Shown here piece after piece: positions 1 to 11,349 of a stretch of 24,541 nucleotides of DNA. Each line of letters starts with the position of its first letter. Position 1 is the stretch's first letter. The notes beneath the pieces are model-generated. The model was given only the letters and a program-made list of their open reading frames with translations. It had not been told where the DNA came from and did no database searches. The DNA lies in the NCBI GenBank assembly GCA_000388065.2, contig KB932203.1; one strand, 5' to 3'. Position numbers and translations under genes: made by a program. This DNA is from Fonticula alba ATCC 38817 (Eukaryota; Protista; Nucleariida).

Positions 1-260
1 CGTGAAGCCGGTCACAGCCCCCCTGCGCGCGTGTCTCCGGGCGCGAGCACAGGGGCCGCAGGGGGGGGGGGGGGATCTTGGGCTTTCTCTCGCCATACTA
101 GCCTCCGTTTGAATCCGCGGCCTGGCCCCCCCTGTGGCGCTGGGGAAAATAACCACGATAGACGGGGGACACACAAAAACGCTCGCACCGCACATGGGGC
201 TCTCCTCACACTCTCGGTACTCCCTCCTCACCCAGTGTCTGCCTTTTTTGGGCCTCTCCT

Positions 261-517
261 GTAAGCAACGCCTCTCACGCCGGAGCTCCTGACGCCGACA
301 CCCCCCCCCACACACACACAGACACAGATACGCATCCACAGGGAGACAGAGAACGAGAGAGAGAGAGAGAGAGAGAAAAAGAGATCACCCACCTCACAAG
401 ATCAGCATCCTCCTCTCTCACGTCGCCTTAGCTCCTTTCGAGTCCCCCTCTTCCTTTCCCCTGGCCTCGGCTACTCTTCCCGCTGCTTTCGTTCCGACTT
501 TTGTCACCTGCCCCCAG
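261..517 (+). other. Candidate 5'-UTR intron of the SBF-like gene
   Basis: GTAAGC at 261; intron-like C-run, (CA)n and (GA)n content; pyrimidine tract ending CCCCCAG at 517, one base before the ATG context (C-ATG at 518-521). Confidence 0.4.
355..376. repeat. (GA)n microsatellite
   Basis: Direct reading of the sequence. Confidence 0.9.
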
Positions 518-518
518 C

Positions 519-3133
519 ATGAGCGCCGATCCTCTTGATCCGACGCTTGACCGGAACCCCTTCGGGGCCCACCGGATCCAGGCAGTTCCTCTGGCACGAA
601 GCCAGGCAGACGGCAGCTTGCCGGATCTGCCGGCGGTTTCCTTTGTCGACCCGGCCGCTGTCGGGGACTCCCGGCTGCATACGACCGCCGAGTCGAGCCC
701 CGCCTCGGCCTTCGGGGTCGGGGGCCTGTCGCCGATTTCCCTGAAGCCCGAGCACCCCCCCAGCGGCCTGAAGATGGAGGATGACATGGACGCCTTGGCG
801 GATGCCCGTGCTGGCCACTACGAAGACCATGATGCCATCCTCCGCGATAGCGATGATGAGGATGGCGAGGGCGACGAGTCGCCGGACACCTCGCCCGCCA
901 CGCCCGGGCCACTGGGCGCCTGCTGGGCCGGGTTCACCGGGTCCCTGTCGTCCGCTTGGAATACCGTCTTCCAAGCCCTGCCTCCCTGGGGGCAACGCTT
1001 TGTCACCGGGGCCCTGAAGATCGCCGACCAGCAGTCCTTCGCCATTATGATGGTGGTGGTGGCCCTGGCCGCATATGTGGCCCCCTCCATCGGCAAGAAG
1101 GGCGGCCCTCTGCTGCCGGAGTACACCGTATCCTACGGGTCCATGATGATCATCTTCTTTCTCACCGGATTAGATCTCAACTCCGGCGCCCTGGTCCGGT
1201 CGCTGTCGAACATCAAACTCCAGGCGTCCATGATGGGTCTGACCTTCGTGGTTCTCCCCCTGGTGGGGTGGGTGTGCGTCGTGCCTTTCCTTCTCTTCCT
1301 CCCTCTCTCTCTCTCTCTCTCTCTATCTCTCCCTCTTGCTCTCTCCCTTCACTTTCTTCGCCCTCCGGTGCATGCCCCTCCATATGTGCCCACATGCAAG
1401 ACCGTGTCCAGCCCCCCCCCCCCNNNNNNNNNNNNNNNNNNNNNNNNNNNNNNNNNNNNNNNNNNNNNNNNNNNNNNNNNNNNNNNNNNNNNNNNNNNNN
1501 NNNNNNNNNNNNNNNNNNNNNNNNNNNNNNNNNNNNNNNNNNNNNNNNNNNNNNNNNNNNNNNNNNNNNNNNNNNNNNNNNNNNNNNNNNNNNNNNNNNN
1601 NNNNNNNNNNNNNNNNNNNNNNNNNNNNNNNNNNNNNNNNNNNNNNNNNNNNNNNNNNNNNNNNNNNNNNNNNNNNNNNNNNNNNNNNNNNNNNNNNNNN
1701 NNNCTTGTCTTCTCCTCCCCGTCCTGCCCTGCCTCCGGCCTTGGGCCTCTCTCTGCGATAGCTTCGTCGAGGCCCTCCTCAAGCCAATGGGTGGCTTCTT
1801 CCCGCAGGATATCATTGTGGGCTTCCTGGTGCTGGTGTCCCTGCCCTCGACCGTTTCTTCAAACTCGATCCTGACCGACGCGGCGGCCGGCGACACGGCG
1901 GCCGCCGTCACGGCCTCCGTCATTTCCAACACCTTTGGCGTGGTCCTCTCGCCGCTCATTGTCCTGCTGATGATCCAGACCTCCTCCTCGGTGGGCATCC
2001 TTGGGGTCTACCTGAAGCTCGGCCTGACGGTGATCCTGCCGCTGCTTGTGGGCCAGGTGTGCCAGCGCCCGTGGGCCGCCGGCTGGGTTGGCCCCCTTCG
2101 CCGGTGGGTCCCCTTCGGCACGGTTCGCCAGGCCATGGTCTTGCTCTTCTTGTACTGCACCTTCTGCGACACGTTTGCCGCCCCGGAAAGCCCCCTCAGC
2201 GCGCCGGTCTTCTGGGCTGTTCTCGGCCTGGTGATGCTGCTCTACACCATTCTCTGCATTGTGTGCTGGGTTTTGGTGGCGGTCCCGCCGCTGCGCTTCA
2301 CCCGCCCGGAACGCGTGGCGGCTTTCATGGTTGCCAGCCAAAAGACCATGGTGGTGCGTGGTCCACCCTCGGCACAAGGGGGTATCTTTTCCTTCCTCAG
2401 CCCCGCCTCCGTCCTCCATCGATCTCTGGCTTGCTCTTCCTCTCGGCTCCTGGCTCCTTCGCTCATTCCCCCCCCCCCCCCCCTCGCTCGCTCTTCCTCT
2501 GTTGCTCACTTTCCTTCGGTCCCTCGCCCGCCCATCCTCGCACATTTGGCCATGCGGCACCTAGGTCGGCATGCCGATGATCAGCTCCATGTATGCCGAC
2601 TCGCCGGACTTCAATGTCGGTGTGGTGGCCCTGCCGGTTTTGCTGTTCCACCCCCTGCAGCTGCTCATTTGTGGGTTCCTGGTTCCAACCATGAAACGTA
2701 CGCCCTCTCTCCCTCTCTTGTCCCATGGCAACCGATCTGTCCCCCACTCTGCGCCATGTGTCGTGCGGCCTGGGACTGACTCAGCATCATATCTCGCCCC
2801 GCCATTTGCCACCCCCTGGCTGATGATCTTGCTCGCTCGGGGCGGCCGGGTCTTTTGGTGCCACTTTTCTTTTGGGCGCTCTCTGGGGCTTCTCTTCGCG
2901 CAGTTTGGGTCGAGCGGGATGCCGCTCGAAACTCGGCGGCCGGGGCAGACTCCACCTCTGCGGCCGGGCAACTGGACAACGACGAGCATCTGATCGATGC
3001 CTCCGACCCAAATGCCATCCCATTGCAGACGCTGGAGCATGGTGGTGCCGGCCATTCGGTGGCCATTCAAATGAGCGACTTCGCCCTGGACTACCTGGAA
3101 GAGGACACCAGTGATGACCTGCTTCACATCTAG
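519..3133 (+). CDS. SLC10A7/RCH1-like sodium:bile acid symporter family (SBF-like) multi-pass membrane protein, 4 exons, about 569 aa
   Basis: Exons 519-1273, 1762-2353, 2565-2697 and 2904-3133 total 1710 nt with consistent phases. Donors: GTGCGT 1274 (alternative GTGGGT 1268, same phase), GTGCGT 2354, GTACGC 2698. Acceptors: TAG 1761, TAG 2564, CAG 2903. Family motifs: IGKKGGPLLPEYTVSYG, MIIFFLTGL, LPSTVSSNSILT (PxTxxS), ASQKT..VGMPMI, LPVLLFHPLQLL, plus many hydrophobic helices. Intron 1 contains a 280-N gap that could hide a small exon. Confidence 0.85.
1424..1703. other. Assembly gap (280 N) in intron 1 of the SBF-like gene
   Basis: N run preceded by a poly-C tract. Confidence 0.99.
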
Positions 3134-3794
3134 ACCATCCTCCATCGTCATCCGTTCGGGGCGGGGGCTCCAGGGGGGGGGAGGGGGGGGATGCGACTCG
3201 CGCACCTGCGATACCACCCGGTCAAAATAGCAACCCTGGAACTGTCTGTCCTGCTGGGTGTTTTCTGCAACGCGAAGGTGTTTGCCAACGGGCGCGGGGG
3301 GGGGTCTTTCTTTTCTGGCAGGCCAAAATGCTCACACATGCACGCATGCGGCTCTGTGTGCAGGGAAAAATAGGTGGGAGGGGGAAGGCAAGGCAAGTGC
3401 CCAGGCCCTGCCCAAGCAAGCATTCGTGAGCCGCGGATGAGAGACAACTTGACGTGACAAAACACGCCCGGGTATATGTGTGGTATATATATTGGGGGGA
3501 AAAGAGGGGAGGGCGCTCAAGGGTCGCGAACTGGAGAGCGACTTGAGAGAGGGGGGAAAACTCCCTCGGGAGGGGGAGAGAGGGGCACATGCATGCGCGA
3601 AACAAGGGAGAGGATGGATGATGGAGGAGATGGTAGAGGGGAAAACAGGAAGACAGCGTATTGGGCAGGCACAGAGGCACGGTAGGGGAAGATGAGGGAC
3701 GACGAACAGGGGGGGGGGGGGGGTCGACAGGCACAGAGGAAGTGGGAGAGAAGGAGAGCACGCGCAGCAGGTAACACACGCTCACACGCCCACA

Positions 3795-3820
3795 CATGCA
3801 TGCATGCATGCATGCATGCA
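3795..3820. repeat. (CATG)6.5 self-complementary tetranucleotide repeat
   Basis: CATGCATGCATGCATGCATGCATGCA read directly. Confidence 0.95.
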
Positions 3821-4901
3821 CCCATGCGCGATTGGCGGTGGTAGCTCAGCTGCCTCAGTGTGAAGGGAGAGGAGAGGAGAGGCGCGGAGGGTGCGACAAA
3901 TGCACGGAAAAATATGGACGTGTATGTGTGTCTCTTTCTCTTTCGCCCAGAGGGGAGGGGGACGTGTCGGTGGCAGGCATCGCACTTCCCTGCAAGTGGC
4001 GTCTGCGAGCGCGCGCGCACCAGCGAGAGGGGGAAGGGAGAACTCGAAGCAAATGCCAGGAAGCGGGGCCCGGAAAAATTGGAGCAACAGAGGCCGAGAC
4101 CTGACAGCGGGTCAGCGCCTTTCCGTGTGGACGTGGGAGAGGAGGGGGGAAGGAGTGGACATGTCCGGCTGTGTGTGCGTTTGTGAGCGTGTGTATGAGC
4201 CTCTCTCTCTCTCTCTCACCGACTCCTGCCTTCTGCTATCTTCTTTCGGCCCTTCTCTCGGGCACATGTCCGCACACACTCATGTGCGCGCCATGGCCTG
4301 GGTCGCGCGCCCCACCATGGCAGAGGAGCGGAAAGGGGAGACCCCTGTGTGTGTGGGGGGGGGTGCGGGTGTGACGAGGGAAGAGGCACACAAGAGGAGC
4401 CACAGAAAGGACAGTCGCCATATGCCCATACGCACCAAGCCAGTGGTGCGATAGAGGCGCTGGGAAGCGGCGAGAAGAGGAGAGAGGCGATGGAAGAGGG
4501 GCAAAAAGCGAGGGGGCCGGATTGGGACAGCCGGAGGAGACACGGAGAGCACATCACCGGGCGAGGGGATACGGCTGCGCCGGGCTGCGATCGGTGTGCC
4601 AGAGAGCCATGCTTTCCAGGGCCACCGCCCTCCTCCTGCGACCGCGGCTGTTGAGGGTGGTTCGTTCTTTTCTTTTCTTTTTTATCTTTTTACTTTTGTC
4701 TTTCTTGACTGCATATCCAATGAATGAGACCCAAGGAGCCCCTCACAGGGCGCTCGGCCAGCGAAAGGGGATGCATGGAGGCTGCACACACCCCACATCG
4801 AGGGGAAGGCCAAGGAGGGGACCTGCTGGGGAGACGGACGGCGGCGGCGGCGGCGGAGGGGGAGAAAAGGGGAGGGCCAAGGTGCGTGACTATGTGCACG
4901 G

Positions 4902-4957
4902 GCGCACGCGCGCGCGCACACACACATACACACACACACACACACATACACACACAC
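4902..4957. repeat. Composite (GC)n-(CA)n alternating purine-pyrimidine microsatellite
   Basis: gcgcacgcgcgcgcgcacacacacatacacac... read directly. Confidence 0.9.
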
Positions 4958-5024
4958 GGAGTCCACCCCCGCCCTGGGGCCCGGGGCCACTGCATCCTGG
5001 CCGCCACGTGCTCACTCGCGCCGC

Positions 5025-6648
5025 TTACATGCTCAGAGCACCCTTGGGGAAGAGACGGGTCTCGATGGCCAGGCGGAGGACATCGCGCAGCAGCTCCTCC
5101 GTGACCACGGGATGGGAGTAGGAGAAGCCGAGCTCCTTGCAGATGAGGCTGCCATCGATGGAGAGAGCATTGTTGGAAAGCAGCTCCTTGTCCAGGTACG
5201 GCGAGAGCGGGGTGCTGGTGATCTGCTCGGCCTTGCAGAGCTCGGACCAGGGCTGCAGGTGCTTCTCGTTGCCCTCCTCGGTGGCAGAGTCGAGGTTGAG
5301 CTTGGCCAGGTTGGACACAATGGACCCGTGGTAGGAGCTCTTGATGCCGAAGATCTTGCACACCAGGGAGGTGATCTTCTCCTGGTCAGTGGCGCCGGTG
5401 TCGGCCAGGTTGTAAATCTTCCCGGCGGGGGCCTTCTCGCAGACAAGGAGGATGGCGCGGCAAACGTCATCGACGTGCACGGTGTTCATGAGCAGGTCCT
5501 TGGTCCAGAGGAGCTTCATCTCGTCGCCCAGCTGCTTGTACACGGCACCAACGACCAGCCGGGGGGTGAGACCGGAGATGTCGGCCGGGCCATAGACGAT
5601 GGCGGGGCGGAGGATGACATAGTTGAGACTGGGAGTGACAGCCGAAGGAAGGGAGGGGATTAGCGTGGGGGGGCATGGGGGGNNNNNNNNNNNNNNNNGA
5701 GGGGGCGGGAGCCGATGGCCAAGTGAGAGAAAGGGACAGAAGTACATACCCGGGGATCTGCTTGATGGCCTGCTCGGCCTTGTACTTGTAGGAGGCAATG
5801 GCAGTCCAGGGCTTGATCTTGCCATTCTCATCGGAAGGAGACTGCATGCGAGGAGGGAGCACATGGACGAGGCACGGGTCAGATACACGGCCGGCAAGGG
5901 GGTGAAGGAGCTAGCGTGCTCAGGGTCACAGGGGGGGGGGGGGGAGGGGGGGAATGTGACGAGGAGCGAAAGATGCAAAGGCAGGCCCCTCGTCCCTGGG
6001 AGAGAGGAGGCAGGAGGCAGGGGGGGGGGGAGAGAGGACAGGCAGGAGGGCGGAGGGATGGCCCTGGGACGCACCTTGCCGGCGTCGTACACCTGGGCGG
6101 TGGAAACATCGATGAACTTCTTGACCTTGCGGGCAGCGGCCTCCTTGGCGCAGTTGACGGTCAGGTTGAAGACACGCTCCTCGTAGATCTGGCGAATGGG
6201 CCAAGAGAGAGGGAGGGGGGGGGGATACCCAGGCAAAGGCCGGTAAAGGGGCAAACAAAGCAGAAGGGCAGGGAGTGAGTCGACAAGCAGGTGTGGGCAG
6301 GGGGAAATCCTCCCCTCTGAGGCCATGAAAGGTGAAGTGGATGACCATCCGACGCACGGCCTCGCTCTGGGAGTACTTGGTCTCGCCGGCCAGGTTGATG
6401 ACATAGTCGAAGTCGCCGCCCTCCTTGTCGAAGGAGGCGGTGATGGAGGCCGGGACCGACAGGTTGGCCTGCTTGAACTCGACCTTCTCGAAGGCGGCCT
6501 TGTGGCGAGCGTTCATGAAGGAAGTGGCGGGGAGGGCCTTGTCCACGACGCGGATCTCCGAGGCAAGGTCATTCTCCACGAGGTGGGTGACGAAGTTGCG
6601 GCCGATGAAGCCGACACCGCCGAGAACGAGGAAAGAGGGTTTGGACAT
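5025..6648 (-). CDS. NAD(P)-dependent epimerase/dehydratase-like extended short-chain dehydrogenase/reductase, 4 exons, 366 aa
   Basis: Exons (minus) 6648-6358, 6188-6075, 5841-5750 and 5628-5025 total 1101 nt with consistent phases. Donors: GTGCGT, GTGCGT, GTATGT; all acceptors CAG. Motifs: Rossmann LVLGGVGFIG, VINLAG, FIDVSTAQVYD, ILRPAIVYGP, VHVDDVCRA, IYNLA. Confidence 0.9.
5683..5698. other. Assembly gap (16 N) in intron 3 of the SDR-like gene
   Basis: N run between G-rich tracts. Confidence 0.99.
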
Positions 6649-6655
6649 GGTGCTA

Positions 6656-7118
6656 CTGGGGGTGGGGGGGGGAGGGGGACAGCCAGCGGCGGGCGAAGGG
6701 GGAAAGGGAGAGGAGAGATGATAGGGAGCTATGTGGAGGAGGAGGAGGAGGAGGAGGAGAGGGGGTGGAAGGTCAGCAGGGGGACCGGCGAGGGGCGGAG
6801 GAAGGGGTCATCGGAAGTTGTGGTGGCGGGCATGCCAGCAAGCGCAGGAAGAGTGCAGGGGGAGAAGGAGATGTGACACGGGCGCAGCGGCAGGCCGCCA
6901 AGGCGGATGGCGCGTGGGAGAGGGGAGTCATCGGATGGACGGGAGGACCCCGCCAAGCAGGCACACCGTGGAGGAAGAGAGGGGGGCAGAGAGAGAGAGA
7001 GGGCAACAGGGAAAGAAAGACAGAGTGGCTAACGGGAGGGGAGGAGGGCTGAGAGAGAGAGAGAGAGGGAGAGAGAGAGAGGGCGGAGGGGGGGGATGAG
7101 GGGGGAGAGAGTACTTAC
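6656..7118 (-). other. Candidate 5'-UTR intron of the SDR-like gene
   Basis: Minus-strand GTAAGT at 7118; pyrimidine/C-run-rich interior on the minus strand; ends CCCCCAG at 6656 (tandem CAGTAG acceptor) a few bases before ATG 6648. Confidence 0.45.
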
Positions 7119-7761
7119 AAAACAAGAACTATCTTCTGCTGGTGAGGAATGCTGGCACTCCGGCCCGGAGGGGAGGGGCGGAAAAGTGTCCCCGCTAAGC
7201 ACCGGCGAGAGGGAGACGGCCCCCGTACGGCCGGCCGGCCGAGACGGGATGAGAAGCCGGCCACCAAGCAGCCAGGTGCGGGCCTCCTGCCGGCCCCCGC
7301 CCGCGCACCCTGGGGTACGGGTGAGAACTCCCCGCACCCCGTCTCCGGTGCCGGACTCCCCCCCCCCCCCCCGCGCCTCTGGCCTGGGCGGGCCTCCCCT
7401 GAAGAGCCGGGCCGTGCCCCTGCCACAACCGGCCTTGATGTTTCAATTGGGCAGAGCCCAGCGCTCCAGACAGTTCTCGACCTCGACGCCGCCGAGCCGC
7501 CCGGCGCAGCATCACTCATGAGGGACGGGGGGACAGCCGCCGGGCGGGGGGCAGGGGGCAAAGACAAAGGCAAAGGCACCAGGAACGCGCAGGGGGGGGG
7601 GGGGGGGCGGGGGCACAGGTCGCGAGTCCTACGCGCCCCCACCCCGGGGCAGCCCTGGGGACTAGGACCCCTGACATCATTTATTTCCCGGGCAGACGCT
7701 GCCCCTCAGCCGGGGGCGGGGGGGACACCGCGAACCGGGCACCTGCAGCCGTGGCATTCAT

Positions 7762-7786
7762 CCACCCACCCCCTGGGGGTGGGTGG
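7762..7786. repeat. Perfect 12-bp inverted repeat with 1-nt spacer
   Basis: CCACCCACCCCC-T-GGGGGTGGGTGG. Confidence 0.95.
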
Positions 7787-7891
7787 GGTCACCCCGCCCC
7801 TTGGCAAGTCGGAATGAGCGGGAACTAACACGCTCACACACACACACACACAGCTCCGGGGAGGGAGCCAGAGGCCCGCACTTAGACACAA

Positions 7892-7908
7892 ACACGCACA
7901 CATACACG

Positions 7909-7947
<39 letters not shown>
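7892..7947. repeat. (CA)n microsatellite with CG/TA interruptions
   Basis: Direct reading of the sequence. Confidence 0.9.
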
Positions 7948-7949
<2 letters not shown>

Positions 7950-10900
7950 GAGCCGGGGAAGCAACCACTCCGAGGGGCAAAGTGAAGTGTACAAAGACCC
8001 GGAGTCGAGAGAAAAAAGCCGAGACACAGCCCCGGCACAAGGTCCCCGGCGCGAGACAGGGGCAGGAGGGCGCGCCCGGCTCCCGACACAAGCCTCGAGC
8101 TCAGGCTGGTCGAAATGCGCGTGTGATTGGGTGCGCACGTATCGGCGTGTACGAGGAAGGATGTCAGGCAGGCGGACGAGGGCGGGCCGAGCCCCTGCAC
8201 TAAACACGCTACCCCCCCCCCCCCCCCCCCGCCCCCGGCAGAAGCCCGGCAAGAGGGAGGGCCGTCAAAAGGCCGAGGCCGGGGAAAACTGACACCGGTC
8301 CAGCACGGGCGACAAGCACCAAGCATTCTCCCATCCTCTGTCCCCCCCGCCCGAGGCAGCTTGAGGGGCCGTCTGAAGGAAGGGAACAGGGGGCAGGGGC
8401 GCGGGCGCGGGCACGACGCGGCACAGGGGGCAGCCCGCGCCCGGGGGAAAGTCCGTCCTAGCTGGAAAGGGCATGCGCACGGAAGCCCCCGCACCGACGA
8501 GGCTCCAGCAAACACGCACCAACGCCGGGGGCCGCTGGCCTGGAAATGCCTCGAGCGGCGACCGGACAGCGCCAACGGCAGTCCGTCCAAGGAACAAACG
8601 GCCGCGGTGCCCCCCCCAAGGGGGCTGGAGAGCCACCGCCCAGACACGACCACTGTTCCCGGTGTGTTCCCCTCGGGGCGCCGGGCCGGGGGGGGGGGGG
8701 GGGGGGAAGGGCACGGCAAGCATGCATGGAACCGCGACGCGATCGTCCGCCGCCGGTGGCGGTGGCGGCGGCCGGGGCCGTGCGTCGCGCCCCCTTGTTC
8801 CCCCCACCTCCCGAGCGGCCGGGAGGCAGGGCTGCAGGGACCGAGCCGGGTGGACGCCCCTCCCCGGCCCCCCCACCGTTAGAGAGCAGGTCGGTGAGCA
8901 TTCCTGAGAAAGGTCGGACACCGGCTCACATTGCGTGCCCGAGGGTGCTCGCGCTTTCGCGCACCCGAACCTCCCGCCCCCTTGGTGCCGGCACTGCCCG
9001 ACCTCGGGACCGAAGCAGCAAAGGCCGACCCTCTGCATCTTGCTACGGCGTCCGGCTCCGCGGGAACTGCAGCCGGTGTGGCGCCTAACCAATAACAAAA
9101 AGGGCCCGGCGGCTGGATGGCTCGCATGCTAGACCATTCAATCGGCCGGCCTGGCAGCTGGCGCAGCCCCAACGGGTTGCCGAGCACCCAGAGGGCCCGG
9201 CTACAAGGGGGCGCGGGGGGGAGGGGGGAATGTCGTACACGACGCGACGCCCGTGAGAAAGGCCCCACCAGAACGGCCGCCGGCTCCGAGCCCGGAGGAC
9301 GCTCCGGGCCCAGGGCGCCGGCCGGAACCGCCGCGGTCGCCATCGCCGCCCCTTCGACCTAGCACGGGCAGAGACACGGAGCCGGCGCCTCGCCCGTTGG
9401 TCATCTCCCACGGGACCCGCACGGGCGAGGCCCGGAAAGCACGAAACACACGGCCCGACGCCCGAAGCCCGGCCCTCATCCAGGAGAGACACACCTCCGT
9501 CAACATGCAACCCGAGAGAGATGGCAGACCGCGGGCCCTTTTGACAAGAAGAACCTCCGGGAGCGAGGTGGGCGCTGACCCGGCTGGGGGTCTTTTGCCT
9601 TGCCCTCTTTGTTGGGCTCCTTTCTTTAGGTGCCGATATGCACGCCCCCCCCCCCCCGGCTCGGGGTGAGAGCCCCAGCTCGGCCCTTGCGCCCCCCCCC
9701 CCCGGCCCGGGGAATATGGCGGGAGAGCAGAATCGAATGGGGACGAATTTCAAATGGAACACCATTTAGGACTTTTGTGGGAGAAAGGGGGCCAAATGTG
9801 TCGACGGACGGGGGCAAAATAATTGGCACTTCGGGCTTTTCTTTTCCGCATGATTTTCGCCAGGCATCTCCCCTTTCGGAAGGTAGACAACAATTTTCCG
9901 GCAAAGGCGGTTGGCCAAGGGCCTCCGGCGGCCGGGGACCCCCGGCCCGTCCTTCCCCCCGATGTTCGCTTCCCCGAGTGACAACACGGACAGGCCGGGG
10001 GCCGCGTCCGGTGGTGGAGAAAACGGCCGGCCCAGGTCGAAAGGATCCGGTTGCCGATTGCGCCGCACAAAGCACAGGGCAGGCTCCTTGCAGGGCCCGG
10101 GAACAATGTTCGCGGCCATCCGAAAAAAGGGCCGAGCTCGGCCTCCGCGGAAGGCTCCCCCTCCCACGGACAACATACCACCCATCACCAATCGAGGAAC
10201 ACGCACACACAGACACACACACACACATGTATGAAAGCGACTTCTCATATTTTTTTCGAAAAGCATTTTGAGTACTGCGCGCGCGCAGGCACGGCAGGCA
10301 GGGAGACAGATTCGCCAGGACGCGGAGGACAGAGGGGAGGGAGGGAGAAGAAGGACGAGGAGCAGGCAAGGACATGGATAGACGAAGGAAGGACAGAAGG
10401 GACAGGGACGCGTGGATCAGCATGGCACGCGGCACGCGGCACGCATGGGGACACCCCCCCGGTTGTGTCTCACGAGGAAGGAGAGGGGTGGAGGTGATGG
10501 GCAAGGACAGGATGGCAGCACGTGCGGCAAACAAAAAAGGCACCCCAGGAAGTGATGCACTCCCCCCCTGCCAGGTTGGCCATATTGTCGCCTGGGAGGC
10601 CATTCTCCCCGGCACCCACATGAGGAAGAGGGGAGAAAAGGAGCAGGAAGCACGCCGTCGCATCGCGCGCCATCGACAGGGCGGGTAACAAGGGAGGAGA
10701 CGACGAGAACACGAGGGACGGGGTGGGCACATGTGCACGCGCGCGCGTGTACAAGTGTGGGTGTGCGCGTCGATAGCAGCTCAAGGACAAGATGAACATG
10801 GAGGGGTACGGCGAGGGAGGGGGAGACGAGGAGGGGGGAGGGGTGGAACGGGTGTGGAGTGGATGCTGTCTCCCAAGGGCGCAGAACGCGGCAGTATGCT

Positions 10901-11349
10901 TTTGTGTGGACGCTCCTCCTCCTGCTGAACGACAAAGAACGGGCATGGCGTCAAGGGAGCAGGAGAAGCGCGGAGCGTGGAAGGTGGCTGGAGGAACAAC
11001 GAAGGACAACAATGCATCCGTCGGCTGGAGGGGAGAGCAGGAGAACAGGAAAGGGGGATGCGCGGGGGAGGGGGGAGGGGGGAGGGAGGGGGGAGAGGGA
11101 GATAAACGGCAGAAGAGGGAACACAAATGTCGGTGAATAGACCCGGCAAATGTGGGCCCCACCGCAAATCCGGCCCTGGCCCCAGCCCCGTCCCCTCCCC
11201 CCCCTGCGCGTTTCCTCAGGCGCCTGTCTCCTCGCGCAGCGGAGGATGCCTCAACGACAAACACATAGGACAGCAATGGAGGAGAAGGGAAGGTAGGAGG
11301 GAGAAGGAGAGGAGGAAGGGACGAATAACGCCGAGCAGATGACCTTTCC

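Noticed and set aside
9860-10585. Minus-strand ACCT...GGGGAGAT (near 9865-9885) and ACCTGGCAGGGG (near 10565-10577) resemble U1 snRNA
   Set aside because: Neither has the invariant ATACTTACC 5' end, the U1-70K loop or the U1A loop (ATTGCAC).
7149-10935. Numerous 150-370 aa ORFs in the intergenic interval
   Set aside because: They are Arg/Pro/Gly-rich translations of G/C runs and microsatellites, expected at this GC content, with no motifs or host codon bias.
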